DNA of 64,000 bases, taken from contig CM022672.1 in the NCBI GenBank assembly GCA_012295275.1, forward strand, positions 7,626,001 through 7,690,000, in the 5' to 3' direction. The position numbers and the translations under genes are program-made. Shown here piece by piece: positions 41,110 through 55,119 of the stretch; position 1 is the first letter of the stretch, and every line of letters starts with the position of its first letter. Source of the DNA: Chrysomallon squamiferum (Eukaryota > Animalia > Mollusca). Below the pieces are notes generated by a model that saw only the letters and a list, made by a program, of their open reading frames with translations, was not told where the DNA came from and did no database searches.

Positions 41110-43821
41110 TTCTATTTCGGGTAACTATTTTTAAATAATAATAAAATAATCTTATGTATTAAATATTTTATTACTTATGTTTTTCACAAAACATTTAATA
41201 TCACATTGGTGTAATAATTGCTGTTTATATTTTAAAATATGGTTCTGAGTATTTCAGAAAGTAACAGTAATAATGTATCTAATTAATATTTACTTTCACC
41301 ACTTATTCATTATTTTTTAAAAACATTAATGCATTAATTGTATTTTTAAAACTAAATGTCAGTTCATTATTATTACTATTATTATTATTTTTGTTTTTAT
41401 TCTTTTTTTCTTTTCTAAAACATCTTTATTTTCATAATTGTGTTAACATTTTCATATAATTTATAAACAAAAGATCACATATTCATTAGATTAATAATTC
41501 TCTGGCTAGATGCCAGTACTATTGTGACTTTTGGAATTTATGTTCTGTTAACAGCATCAGTTAACAATGAATGACCTGCCTTCAGTGATAATAGTTTGTA
41601 ATGAATGAATTCTACATGATTTGTAGTTTTAATTTAGAAAACTGTTGTTAATAATAAATGGTTCCAGCATGTAAGTGTGGTCTAGTTAATAACATAGACA
41701 GCATGTTTAAATGTGGTAGCATGAACAGTTGTCAGAAAGATTTTTTTTTAAATGTGTGTGTCAGGGGAATAGTTTGTAACACTAGTGTTATAGTACAGCT
41801 GTGTGTTTACACATAGTGTGTTAATTAACATACTACACGTTTTAAATTAAAATCTTCACCTTTATTTTACATCCTTACATCAGAGTTAAAAATAGTAATA
41901 ATACAACTGTTTTTTAAATGCAGAATGTGAACATATGTTGTTAATTTAAATTTTAAATGTCTGTATATAAATAATTTTAATAATAAATGCTTCTGTTTAT
42001 ATCCAGAATGAACACATATGTGCATCCACATAAATGAACACATATTTTATGTAGCATAAACATACACAGCCATATTAAAAACATATTCATAAACTTTAGA
42101 TACATACCTAAACATATATTTTACAATACACATGTACACTACATATTAAAGATACATACACATATACACACACATGCATGTAACAAATACTTTCAATGTG
42201 TTACTCATTGTTTAATTATATTAAGCAGTATAATAGTCATTTTCTGCTGTTTTAACTTTGACCACTGTATTTAGCATGACAAGTGTATCCACAGATAAAC
42301 AGTCATTGAATTGTCAGTTACTATTATGAAACAGCTTAGATACTAATCTTGTTAATTCTCTTTGTGCATTAGTTGAACATAATAGGTGAATTAATAAAGA
42401 CATTCATAAAGGATAATTAAATAGTTTAAAAAAAATGTATAAGTATGCAGTTTAGTTTGGTTTTTATAAAACAACAAGCCTTTGTAAGAAGTTTGTTCAA
42501 TGAACATATTAAAAATAAAAATAAATTTAAGTATTGTAGTGTAGGCATTTTTATTTACAATAATAAAATTATTATTATTTCCTTTTTTGAAATTAAAAAA
42601 ACGAAATATCATACATATAGCTTTTACTTTGACACAGGTGACTAAATATCTCTCATTATGCAAAAACATACAGTTCATGTTACTAAGGCCAAATTGTTTA
42701 GATTTTTTTTCCCCTGTTTTTTTATATAATAAACTTCAAACACTTATGCATAGAATAGCTTTATTATTATTGTTTTTCCAAATAACACATAAAATGTATT
42801 TCATTTTTAACAAAAAATGCATAAACCCAAGCCTTGTTGTATGTTTGACAGCTGACATATTAATTCCAATTTCTTATTCTGGATTTATACGTTATTTTTT
42901 AAATTTATAATATTGACTAAAACAGTTACTTTTCCATTGCTATGACAACAGGTACTGAAGTATTCGCAGTCGGACTGGAACAAGAAGCAGCAGGAACTAG
43001 AACTAGAGTTCCAGGCACAGCTGCTGAGCAAGGAGAAAGAGTGGAGCAAGAAACTGGGAGACAGAGAAAAGAGAATCTCCAACTTAGAGGAGCAGTCACG
43101 ACACATGAGACAAACCAATGATGACATGAGGTACATCAAATTTGTTAATTTTTGTGTTAAATTTAGTTTAGATAATCACATGAGACAATCTAATGATGAC
43201 ATTAGGTACACTGAATTCGTAAATCGTTGTCTTAAATTTAGTTTAGATAATCACATGAGACAATCTAATGATGACATTAGGTACACTGAATTCGTAAATC
43301 GTTGTCTTAAATTTAGTTTAGATAATCATATGAAACAGACCAGTGATGATATAAGGTACACTGAATTTGTAAATCTGGGTGAAATTTATCTAGTTAGTTT
43401 AAATAATTTATATGAGACAGAACAGTGAAGTCATGAGGTACATTAAATGTGTAAAACTTGTGTTAAGTTTATCTAACTAGTTTGGATAATATCAGGTTTA
43501 ATTTACACCAATGATGATATAAGATATATTAAATAAGTATTTCTTATATTAAAATATGTAGTCAGTTTAGATAATTTGTGTGAGACAGACCAGTGATGGT
43601 ATGAGGTATGTTAAATTTGTAAATCTTGTGTTAAAATTTGAAATAGGTCTATTTAGTTCAGATAGCATAAGTGAGACAAACCAGTTATCTGAAATACTAA
43701 TTTTTTCATTATTCAGTCATTAAATTTGTGCAGTACAGGTTACATATGAGTATTTATTTATTTTTGTATTGTGAATATATTAAAAGGGTGACTAGTTGCA
43801 CACATACAAAACAACAAAAAC

Positions 43822-43855
<34 letters not shown>

Positions 43856-46581
43856 ATATCTTAGTGAATGCAGTGTTGAATTTTGTGTTAGTCTGTTAAA
43901 TGTCAGGTGTGAAATAATAAATTTGTGTAATGCTGATTAATGAAGACAGGTGAGATTTTTATTAGTTTGATATATTTTAGGTGTGAAATAACTTGATGTG
44001 ACATCTCATTTGTAAATCTATATGTACTTGTAAACTGATATTTAATATGTAACATAATTTAATATAATAAAATCATAAATAGAGATGCATTCAAAAACAA
44101 AACTTATCTTAGCTCAAAGTAAACAGTTTGACAATATTTAATACATTTTATTTATTTCAGTAAATTTCACAACATAATCAAAAATACAGTTGAAATTAGC
44201 TATCAATAGTGTGATTTTATTTTATTTACTTTATTCACTTTTATTTTTTGGGGTTTCTTATTTGGGTTTATATAAGATTTGTAATATTTATTTATAAAAT
44301 AAAAGTTGTAAAATAATCTGTAATTAATGCCTGGTGTTGTTTTTATTTTCAGGACAGTTATAACTGAATTTGAAAAGACAATTTCACTGCTGCAAGGTAA
44401 GACTTTATTTATTTATCTTAGACTTTAATTTTGTTTTATTCAGAAAATACCACATGGAAAGTGCTTTACCATTTGATGTGTACATGCATATATTCCCATA
44501 TTTTAAGAAACAACATGGCAATTTGTAATATGGCACAAAATTAAAGAAATTCTTCATGCAAATTGCTGACTTTATATCTTCCTATTGATTGTTTTTCAGC
44601 TGAGAAAGAGAAAAATACTACAGCATCCCAGAATTCATTGCAAGAAGCGATACGAGAAAGAGATCAGGTTTGTGTAATTTTCAGTCTACTTTATGTAATC
44701 ATAAACCAAAATATTCTGATATTGTAATCGCTGTTGATTAGTAAAGTCTGTTAGAAAACATGTTTAATTATTCTACCACTTTTGTGTGGCTATTACAAAA
44801 AGTCAAGTAACACAGCACAAGATCTACATTTCTGTAATATTCTGAAAAAAATATATGAAGCCAACAAAATAAAATTTGAATTTTCTCAGTTAGCTTAATT
44901 TTATTATTCCTGTATTTATCAGGCTTTAGATGATCTGCATTCAGTAGAGGCAGCATTTGCTGGTTTACATCAACGATATGAAAAAACCAAAGGAATCATT
45001 GATGGTTTCAAACAGGTAAAATCACTTGAAAATTATAATTTTTTTTTTTTTAATTTAAATTATTATTATTTCATAAAATTATTATTATACTTCTTTTTTT
45101 TTTTTTTCAAATTTTTTAATTTTAAATATCATTCATTCATCTTTATAAATTAAGACAGATGATTTTCAAATATTTATATTTATATAATATTTATACAAAG
45201 AGAGAGAGAGAAAAGGTATTTATATATAATACCCCCTAAATTCCTAATAGGTATACTTAATATTTTTCTATATTCTTTTGCAAAGTGAAACTCATTTTAA
45301 AAATTACAAAAGTAGTCATTACTTAATTTGGTTTTTTTTTCGTAATGGAAGTATGAAAGGTATATTAACTTTTCCCCGAATAACTACTTATCTCAAGTTT
45401 AATTATTATTATTATTATTTGCTTGGTTTCAGAATGAGAGTGTACTTAAGAAGTGTCTGGAAGATGCTCAGGCTAAACTGAAGAAATCTGAAGACAAACT
45501 GTTGTCACTGAAGAAACAGGCTGAAGACAAGTTTGAAAAGTTAGTTGCATAGTCTTAGTATACATTTCTTGTTTTGTTGTTATTACTTCATTTTAAAGAA
45601 TGAATGTTCATTGACACCTCAACATATATTAAAATGACAACAGTAACAACAACAACAATAACACTAATGAAAAATGTATTTTAAAGAATGAATGTTCATT
45701 GTCACCTCAACATATATAAAAATAACAACAGTAACAACAACAACAACAACAACAACAATAACACTAATGATAATAACAACAACAATGATAATTATAACAG
45801 TAATGATAATAAGAACAACAACAACAATAATGATGATGATGACAGTAATGATAATAATAACAGTAATGTTTAATAAAAACGTTGATAAAACTATTACAGA
45901 GTGAGTGATGAGTTGGAGAAGGAGAGGCGAGCTCACTCTGCAGAGATTGCCAGGTTACAGGCTGCTGTGAAAAAATCTGAACTACAAATACAGGGACTGG
46001 AAATGTCTCTACAGCAAAAAGTAGGTTTTATATATATATATATATGTGTGTGTGTATCTATGTATGTATATTTATAACATGGTGCATAATGTTACACAGA
46101 TAAAACTTTTATTTTGTATTTTTTAATTTTTAAAAATTGTTTTATTCATATTTAATATAGCTTATACAAAATATACTTTTAATATATTCAGTTTATTATC
46201 ATCACAGAAATATGAAGTTGATAATTATTTTTCATTGATGCTATTTCTGTACTGTCAGCTAGGATTTATTTTATAAAACATTTATTGATTTAAGATATTT
46301 ATGTCACAAAATATGGACTAATTATGTAACAATAACAATCAAATTATATAAATATTATAACACTAACAGTGAATAATTTTACAACTACATCATACTGAAG
46401 ATTTGCACATGTTCAGAATTACTGTGGGTGTAGGTGCAACCAAAAATATTTTCTAGTAAATGCTTGTTTCATTTAAATGTACATTGTTTAAATATATTGA
46501 TTTATTTCATTTCAGATTCAAGAAAATCAGGAGCTGACATCTATATGTGATGAATTAATAGCTAAAGTTGGAGTAGAATGA
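18447..46581 (+). CDS. TACC: Transforming acidic coiled-coil (TACC) family protein; long isoform ~769 aa (~845 aa with cassette exons), apparent 1-nt deletion near 18550
   Basis: Exons 18447-19404, 19921-19996, 20204-20396, 20708-20842, 33243-33306, 34542-34695, [35713-35919], 37670-37720, [39053-39073], 42952-43130, 44353-44396, 44600-44667, 44923-45015, 45433-45539, 45900-46020, 46516-46581 are phase-compatible. C-terminal TACC domain: VLKYSQSDW...TVITEFEKTISLLQ...ERDQALDDLHSVEAAFAGLHQRYEKTKGIIDGFKQNESVLKKC...ENQELTSICDELIAKVGVE*. N-terminal motif RGAYTFNFDDLDEFSNPFQ. Confidence 0.92.
23342..23366 (+). CDS. TACC: Alternative first coding exon of TACC (MGNQSSND), phase 1
   Basis: ATG GGT AAC CAG TCC TCA AAT GAC G|gtgagt; strong donor, phase matches the acceptor at 33243. 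Confidence 0.6.
28332..28347 (+). CDS. TACC: Candidate alternative first coding exon of TACC (MTMDT), phase 1
   Basis: ATG ACA ATG GAT ACA G|gtaaat at the end of a GC-richer island (28110-28350); phase matches exon 33243. Confidence 0.4.
35713..35919 (+). CDS. TACC: Acidic in-frame cassette exon of TACC (69 aa)
   Basis: Acceptor ttttatcag, donor CCT|gtgcgt, phase 0-0, open frame YIANASEDLCFDDALS...AVCELP. Confidence 0.6.
39053..39073 (+). CDS. TACC: 21-nt TACC microexon (DKKGSEQ)
   Basis: ctgctttttaag|GACAAAAAAGGAAGTGAACAG|gtaatt; phase 0-0, compatible with the flanking exons. Confidence 0.55.
43102..43690 (+). repeat. 75-bp-unit minisatellite derived from the TACC exon/intron junction (about 4 well-conserved plus 4 degenerate copies)
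   Basis: Unit CACATGAGACAATCTAATGATGACATTAG|GTACACTGAATTCGTAAATCGTTGTCTTAAATTTAGTTTAGATAAT; donor-like GT at 43131, 43206, 43281, 43356, 43438, 43606. Confidence 0.9.
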
Positions 46582-48758
46582 AGATTTCTCATGTTTTCTT
46601 TCCTTTTTATTTATTTAGGTAAACTTTCATATATAAAAAAAAAAAAAAAAAAATTATAAATCTTTCTGCACATTTTGAGAAATAAATATTAATAATAATA
46701 ATAAACTGTTCATTTCTTTGTAACATGAAGATATTTTCTAAAGGTTCAGTTTTCAGTAACCATTAAATTGTTCAGTATATTTAATGTTTTTAAATGTTGG
46801 TTCCAAATTAAAATTTTCAGTTTTTAAACTGTCATTTACAGTAATAGAAGTGCTGGAAATTATTGTTGTCAAATATAATGTGTGATTATATTTTTGGGGT
46901 GGTTATAGTACGATTGATGGGTAAAAGATGGCAACATTTTTAAAAGTTTATTACTGTTGTTGTTATTGTTTAAAAATCTAACATTTTTATCTTTATAGAG
47001 GCTACCCATATTCTCCATGTCATTCAAGAATGTTTCAGAAGAAGAAAAAAACACAACTGGGCTAATTAATCAGGATCTGGATAACAGAACAAAAAGGGAA
47101 ACAACTAATACAACTTAGATGTTTATATTCATCATCATATGCCTATATTGCTTATCAACTCAAATGGATCAATTCTGAATCAATTCTAATGGAAGAAAAT
47201 TGATCTTCATTTAAAAATGATTTTTACAATGTAAAATTTGCTATTCGCATCAGTTTCCTGTACAGAGCAGCAGTTTTGTATGGAGCAGTAATTTACATCT
47301 GTCAATTTTTTAGTTCACTGTTTACACAACAAAGATTATTCCTACCTGAGCACTGTATTTTTCATATTAATACTGAATATTGTGCTTGTTTTAAATTGTA
47401 ACTAACAGAAAGCTGTTCAGCTTACAGTTAACACTACAATATCACAGAATATCTTACACAGATAGTGTGGTGACAATATCAAAACAGTCATTTTCATTAT
47501 CATACACACAGTTCATTTATTCATGGGATGCTGGAGACATGGCCAGTGGACTTGGGTTACATAACCACATAAATGATCACAGTTACAATTTCTGTGTTCA
47601 TTCAAGGAAACTGCAGACATTTTGAAGATTTAATTTTTATATATAGTGAGCATGGCACAAATTACTTGACAGACTTCTAGATGAAGGACAACCAGTGGTT
47701 TTCAGTAATTCATTGTCTCTTTATCTCAGTACTGTATCATTTAACACAAGTAAGTTGTTACTTACACAGATTTGTAAATACTGGTCAGACATAGCCTACA
47801 TTTAATACGTACAAGTTTTTCTTGTACCACTGGAATATTCTAGAATAACCACCAAATCAAACCAAATGAAAAAAAATAATTTAGTAAAATCTTGTGAAGT
47901 GTGAAGAAGGAATGTTTGTGGAGATTTGTTTAGATCAGCTTGTTGATTCAAATGGAATTAAAGAGATTTTACATCTGGTGTGGGATTCCTGGAACAGTTG
48001 AATCAGTTTGACTGTGTTCATGGATGGATTCAGATAAGAATATTTCATGTTACTAAAATGTTTTAAAATGGTTACAACACACAGACAGTCTTTAAGATTG
48101 AATTCTTCTCATGATGTACTTATTCCACACATTACTGATTTAATAATAACAACAGCTGGAAGTTTATTCTTGCATTACAAGCTACATTGTAAAACTAGTT
48201 TATTTACTACTGAGGAAAAAACATCTCTGTGCAGTCCACAGAGAAATTTTAATAGTGATAATAAATACCAATTTGCTTTAACATTTTTTTTATAAAAAAA
48301 ATAAAAATAAATTCATAATTATAAGATTACTATTTTAAAATTGTAGATTTTAATTGTTAATGCATTCAGCAGAGTGAGAAAAAAAAAAAAATTAATTTAA
48401 GTAGCCTTATGAAGTATTTGGAAGTTATTTACACACTAATAACAATCATGTTTTTTAATTTAAAATATTGCAGACACTTTTAATTAACATTTAAGTTTAA
48501 TCTCTAACAGTAAAATCACCTAAAACAATGCTTTCTTTAATAATGTTGGAGTAAATAACTTTACAAACTGCTAAGTACCATTGTGACTGAAGTTGAAAGG
48601 TTGGTTTTATTACAGTAATATTTTGTCTTTCAGATAGTTAACAGACTTAATGAACTGATCATAAAAAATATATACTTGGAACTTGTATATTAGTCATAGT
48701 TACAATCAGTCATGTAACCACTAATGTCTGTTTACTGTATAAGCATAAACCTGGTTGT

Positions 48759-48789
<31 letters not shown>

Positions 48790-51700
48790 TAGACAGTTAA
48801 GTAATGTTCACTAAAAAGAATGCATACAAAGGATTGTTAGAGTTGCCATTAACTGGACAGTCCAGTTTTTAAGCAGCCTTCATTCTGCCATCTTGCTGGA
48901 ATCAAGATTTAAACAAGAATCATTTAATATATAAAATTTTAAAAAAATATACTTATATTTAAGCTTACTTGACAAATCCATGGCATTAAATATAATAACA
49001 GAAATTGCAATGTTTTCTTTTGCTACTTGCAGAACCAGGCAACTCTTCCATCATGGTGTGCATAAAAACAGGTTAGAATGCACTGAGTAAGAATAAATCA
49101 TTCTTTCTTTGTTTAGATTCATCATTATATTTCATAGCTGGAGATCATATATAATATTTTATTACATTCTGGCACAAAGGTAATTACCAAGACAAGACTT
49201 TGCCTTCTATTTATGAATTTATATATCCACTAGTTAGTTGAATGTTACCTGCAAATAAGTTTACCCTATCCTACCCAACCCTTCCCTGCCTTTAGTAATA
49301 GTCACCGTCTTTTCTCTTTTTTTCTTCTTTGTTTTTTTTTATGTATGAAACTGATCCCAGAAATATACAAGAATGTTGTGGTGTATTTTAGTGTTGTATA
49401 AAGTGTTTGAAAGATAGCTTAATTTTTAAGTGACTATGTTTTAACAAGGCAAAGTGTGATATTTTGTGTACATACAAATCATTTATTTATTTGTTATTGC
49501 CTCTTATTATCTTAATGGTTTATGGAATTGTTTACAAATGATACCTCATATAACGTATCAGTTGCTTAGATTTATTACCATCGTTATTTGATAGAAATTT
49601 TAAAATATTAGTCATTTTATACAGTATGTAGAACTAAATTTTTTCCAAGATTTATATAATTCTTAAAAACTTTTGGGATTTTTTTTGGATGTTTCTTTTT
49701 AAACTTTAAGAAATAAAAATTAAAAAAAGATATTTGGAATTCAGCTGGGGTATATCGGTTTCATTTGTGATTTTATGAAAATATAATGATTAATGAAATT
49801 CATCTTAAGAATATTTTACTTACTGCTGCAATGTTGTAATTGTGCGGTTACATTTGCAGGGCTTGATGCTAACTGGCCAAGTTAAATGTGTCAGAAAATA
49901 TGTAGATTTAATAGAGACAAGCAAAAATGCAGTAGTACAAGTTCTGAATTTTAAGCAACTGTATTGAGTTCATAATTTGATTGCTGTGAGTTTTAGAATG
50001 GCTTCCAAGAAACCTGAAATATCAGTTTCTGAAACCTGTTTGTAGCACCAAGTAGGAAAATTTTCTGTTGAAGCCCTGCATTTAGTTAACAGAGCAAATT
50101 TAGTATGTTATGTTAAAAACATTTTAGAGTTTATCTTGTTTGATATGCATTTTTGTTGACAACAAATGTGAGATTTTCATTTTAAACAAGTTGAATTTAA
50201 TACCGATATAGTTGTCCCTCCATTTTATTTTTATATTACACATATTATAACACAACTTTGTTATGCAAAGCTTCTTAGTTTAGTAGTTTTTGTAGTTTTG
50301 GAGTTTAGTGTCTTGTATCTGGGATTTGGTACAACCGATAATGAAAAGAATATTAATTATGTATCAATATGTATCAATATCTATCAAATAAAAGCATCTA
50401 ACGTAAATATTGTAACTATTTCTACCACTATGAAATTACATTCCTAGTTCTGGACTAACTGAAAGAGGAAATAATAATTGTTATAATACTTAAGGATGTT
50501 TATGGATGTAACTAGGCTTTGCCAGTGTAAATAAAAAGCTAAGACATTGCTACATAGTATCACCACAAATATCTAAACCACAGATTTTAAAACAAAAACT
50601 GTTAAAGACAAGTATGACATTTTGTAATGTGTGGTAGTAATGAAGAGAATTTATCAAAATTGTGTTGGAAGAAATTACTTTTAAATGTTAGTCATATTCA
50701 GAGTAAATAAAATAACAAAATATAAGACCATTTATTTTTCATTTATCATTATGATTATCATGTGATACGAAAGAGTATACTGAAATTATTTTGATTATTT
50801 TGATTACTTTTAGTGGAAAGAGTTGTTACATTTACATATACAGTTTACCTAATATATTTCAGTATGTATATCTGGATTTTAAGAATCTTTTATGTTCATT
50901 TATAGAAGTTCTCACTGATGTAAGGAACTGTTTTTTGGGGGGTTTTTTTTGTTCTTTTGCAGTTAGTAATTTTTATTTGAATCTCCTGTCACCAAGTAAT
51001 GATAATAATCATTCTTTGTTATGCAGCCTTCATGATGAATGTAACAAGCTAAATTTGTAATACGTTAATATTCACCTCTTACCAACACAGTCCACAGTTG
51101 TTCTTTTTTTTTTTCTGATTTTTAGTTTCAGTAAGTTATTATTTAAATTACAGAAAGCGTGGTTATAATTTATTTTCCTGTATTCAAAATGTGACTTGAA
51201 TAAACTTATCAAACATGTATTTACTAGTTCTGTTATGAAAATGTACATTTCTTATATTTAATGTTTACATCATGAACTGTCTTTAGGCCATGAGAAAATA
51301 ATTTTATTTCACTGCTTACATTTAGTCCCCAAAAAACTGAAAAATTATTTTTGTTATTTATCAGTTGTTACATTTCTAGCCTCTAATTTCACAAACATAA
51401 ACATTCAGGAAATAAAAGAAGGGATTTACTGAATTTTATTCCATTTGCAAGGCCCAGATATCCACAAGTGCTAATAATGAAAACAAAATACATTACATTT
51501 ACAAAATATATCAGAAAACATATTTCAGTTCTCATAGGCTAATGAACTATATGCAATTCAATAAACAATAGATGTATAACTGATTACTCTGTGTATTGCT
51601 TTCATTTCAATAATGTTTGATAATTATACAAAAAAGATATTAACTACACATTCATACATTCATCAAAAAGTAAAAACAAGAAAAGTGAAAAATTTATTTT

Positions 51701-52240
51701 ATTTTATTTTAAAGTTGGTATATTGAAGAAAATTAATAATTTAAATAACAAATTTCACTTCACCAGAATAGTTTTGAGCATAAGAATAGATTACTAAAAA
51801 TATAAAATAAAGGTTTGTCCTTGCCTAAGATTCTGTGAATTTTACATTATGTTTGTGAAGATTATAAAAATATTTTAAATATTCAAGAAATAGACTATAG
51901 TAAAATTAAATATATAAAATATGTAAAACGTGTAAAGATATGAAATGTAAAGGTGCAGTAACTGCATTATAAACAATGCAGAGAAATAAAAAGTATTTTG
52001 GTAAATATAAAATACAATGCAGAGATAAACAAAATATATTACAATATGAAGTACTAAGAAGTATGAAAATAAACAAATTGAGGTAAAATAAATTTAAAAT
52101 CATTAAATCCTACTTTCTTTTCACTTTATTCTGATGGAAATAAAATTGCAAAAAATACACTGCTTGGTGTATTTATACATCATTGCATTAAAATTTAGCT
52201 TCATTGTGTGAATTTGTTTTCATATTTTAGAAATATTTTG

Positions 52241-54548
52241 TCAACAACAACAACCATGTCTTTCAAAATAGTTGAAATCAATGAGAAAAGTGGCTCCTAA
52301 AATAATCACTTTTTGAATCATTTCGAGCTGTTTCTGATCTGAAAGATAAAATAATGAATCACTAAGTTTATAAAATCTAATAAAAGTTTAAAGTTATAAC
52401 ATTTTTTAAATATACAATAATAAAAGAAAGTAGAAATTGGTTTTAAACTATAAACTAAATTCTTAACAATTTTATATAAAAAACTAAAATCATATACCTG
52501 ATGTCAGCTTATAAATAGGATAATTTACACTATTTTCAACAAGGATATTGTCAATATTTAAAAAAATATTGTTAAATTTATATTTTTACGTAAACTTTCT
52601 TTCAAATGCTGCCTAAATAACTTAAAATGTCTCCTAACTGACAAACTAACCCAAATATAACCAACAAATAAAAGAATAATAATTTTTTTAATTTTAATTA
52701 ACTAATTTAAACCAATAAATAATTACTTTGACAAAAAATAAACTAAATTAACAAAACATTAAATGATGTATCAGTAAATAAATGAATAGTTTGTTACATT
52801 CGATACTGAAGTCATTAGCTGCTCCTATCAGTTCTCTGCAACCCCCCCAGTGTTTTGTTATCGTCGCAACTTCACAACCATCAGCATTGCTGTACACCTA
52901 GTCCACAAAAACAACATTACTTACAAATCAATCCACCGCTTCGTCTAAATAATAAAATTTCATTTGAAATAAATTATATACATCTGGTACATGAGAACAA
53001 ATGTACGAGTGAATAATTACATTAGTATTTACGTACATTTAGTTAGACACTGCTGTGTATTTGTAGATGTGAGACTAATTTATTTTTCCATCACTAATGG
53101 GTTTTTTTTTTATGATTTTGTTCTTATTAATTTTTCAAATATAAAAATTACTTTTAACTTAATTTTGAATTAAGGAATAATTTAATTATTGCCTTTCTAA
53201 TGTTCAATAGATTTTATTTAACATTTGTGTTTATAAAATCAATGAACAAACAACTCACATGAAAGATGACATTACCACAACATCTATTGTGACAACATCC
53301 ACCTTGTAATTTAAATATCACAGACCCATGATTATCCTTCACTTTGTACAGTGGCAAGCAACAACTCCAGCTAAAAAAATAAAAAATCAACAGATAAACA
53401 TTTTGAAAATATACTGAAAATTAAAAAATAAAAATAAAATAAAAAATAAAAACCATAATTAGAGATAAACAGACAGACAGATCACCACACTTGGATAATG
53501 GATTAAACAATTACAATAAATTAAAAATTATTATTTTTTTTTTTTAAATAATAAATGATTTAAAAATGATAATATAACATTTACTGTGTATCAAACCCAA
53601 AATACAACATATAGTTAAACCATAAAAATCAGTTTTATAATACTGCCTCCATTAAGACTAGGTCCTCAAGCCTGTCTCACTTACATTTCTATCATTGAGG
53701 CCACGGGATTGCCTGGAGGGGAGTGTATTTCCATTGTCTGGAGATTACAACACCACCACAGCCATCGACTGGAGCAACGAAGTGGCCGATGTACAGCTAC
53801 AACGGGCTGCTGTTCAATATCCACTATCTTGATGGTGAATGCACGAGACGCCCCAACACACTGCCTGGCTCCACAGTCTGACACTGGAAATTTAGTTTTA
53901 CCTATGTAACTGTTTTATAGCTTTTAAATATAATTGAGTTTTCTCATTAAATACTGGAAGTAGTATTTTGTTCATGCCTTTTTTTTCTCTTTTATTCAGT
54001 CTTTAAATATTTATGAAAACAAAACTACATGAAAAAATTAATTGCTCTAACATAAAAAAATACATTTTACCAGGCAAGATGACACAGATAATATACATCA
54101 TTACAATTAGAAATCATTGATAGATAATATACATTATTACAAATACAAATTACAGACAGATAATATACATTACTCAAACATAAATTATAAAAATACTTCA
54201 GATGCACATAACTTCAACCTCTAATATCACTATTTGATTAGGAATATAAGTTATATATGCATGCAAATCATTTACTGACTTAAAAAATATACATTTATTT
54301 AATCTAACAGACTTAATTTACTGATACCTTCATAAGCATACAAGCACTGTTCATCATCACTGTTATTAATTGTGTATCTGTTGTTTCGCTGCCAGCCAAG
54401 AATTACTATAAAACATAATGAAAGTCCAAAAATTCACCTGAAGTGACATTTGGAACAATTTTATTATAATTAAACAGAGAAAAACACATACACACACAAA
54501 CCCCCACACACACATTTCAAACTGATTTTATATACACTTAACCATGAG

Positions 54549-54585
<37 letters not shown>

Positions 54586-55119
54586 GTTTTTCTGTACACA
54601 ACATATGCTTTACTCTTTAGAAACTCTAATATCTAAATTGTAAAACTGATACACAGTAGCATTTCTCCGGTACGAAGCTCTTGTAGAAAAGTAAAAAACT
54701 ACATTTATTTATTTATATTTTTGATGTCTGGCAATCTCGCCCCATGAGTTGTTTGAATCAATGAATATATACATCACTGCTTGTATTACGATTATCATTA
54801 TCATTATGATTATGTAAAAGTACACGTCAAAGCTTATTAGTTAATAGACCTTAATTATTATAGCACGATACTCTACAACATTTTGTATATCATTTTGCCT
54901 ATTTTCATGCTTTAAATTAATTATCTTCCTTAAATATTATCGATTCTGTATCAGTATATCACGCTGTAACACTGACACACCTTCCACAACATCCAAATGC
55001 TGGTGAACGTGCACTGATTTACAGCGGTTTAACTCAGCTAGACCCTTCGGCAAATTTTCACTTCTACTTTCTCCAATTTCTGGCTGCTTAATGACAACAT
55101 TTTGATTATTCTCATCCAT
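52241..55119 (-). CDS. PLSCR: Phospholipid scramblase family protein, 241 aa
   Basis: Six exons join in frame (726 nt): 55119-54981, 54405-54328, 53883-53685, 53370-53259, 52897-52798, 52338-52241. Motifs LPKGLAELN...VHQHLDVVE, NNRYTI, SDCGARQCVGASRAFTIKI, RPLRCSS-WLWWCC-LQTMEIHSPPG, ITKHWGG, ANDFSIE, KVIILGATFLIDFNYFE match the scramblase family. Confidence 0.95.
54085..54175. repeat. Three-copy degenerate tandem repeat in scramblase intron 2
   Basis: AGATAATATACAT(C/T)ATTAC-like core repeated three times about 35 nt apart. Confidence 0.7.

Noticed and set aside
43102-43690. CRISPR-like repeat/spacer array
   Set aside because: The whole 75-bp unit is repeated with no unique spacers, the context is eukaryotic, and there are no cas genes.
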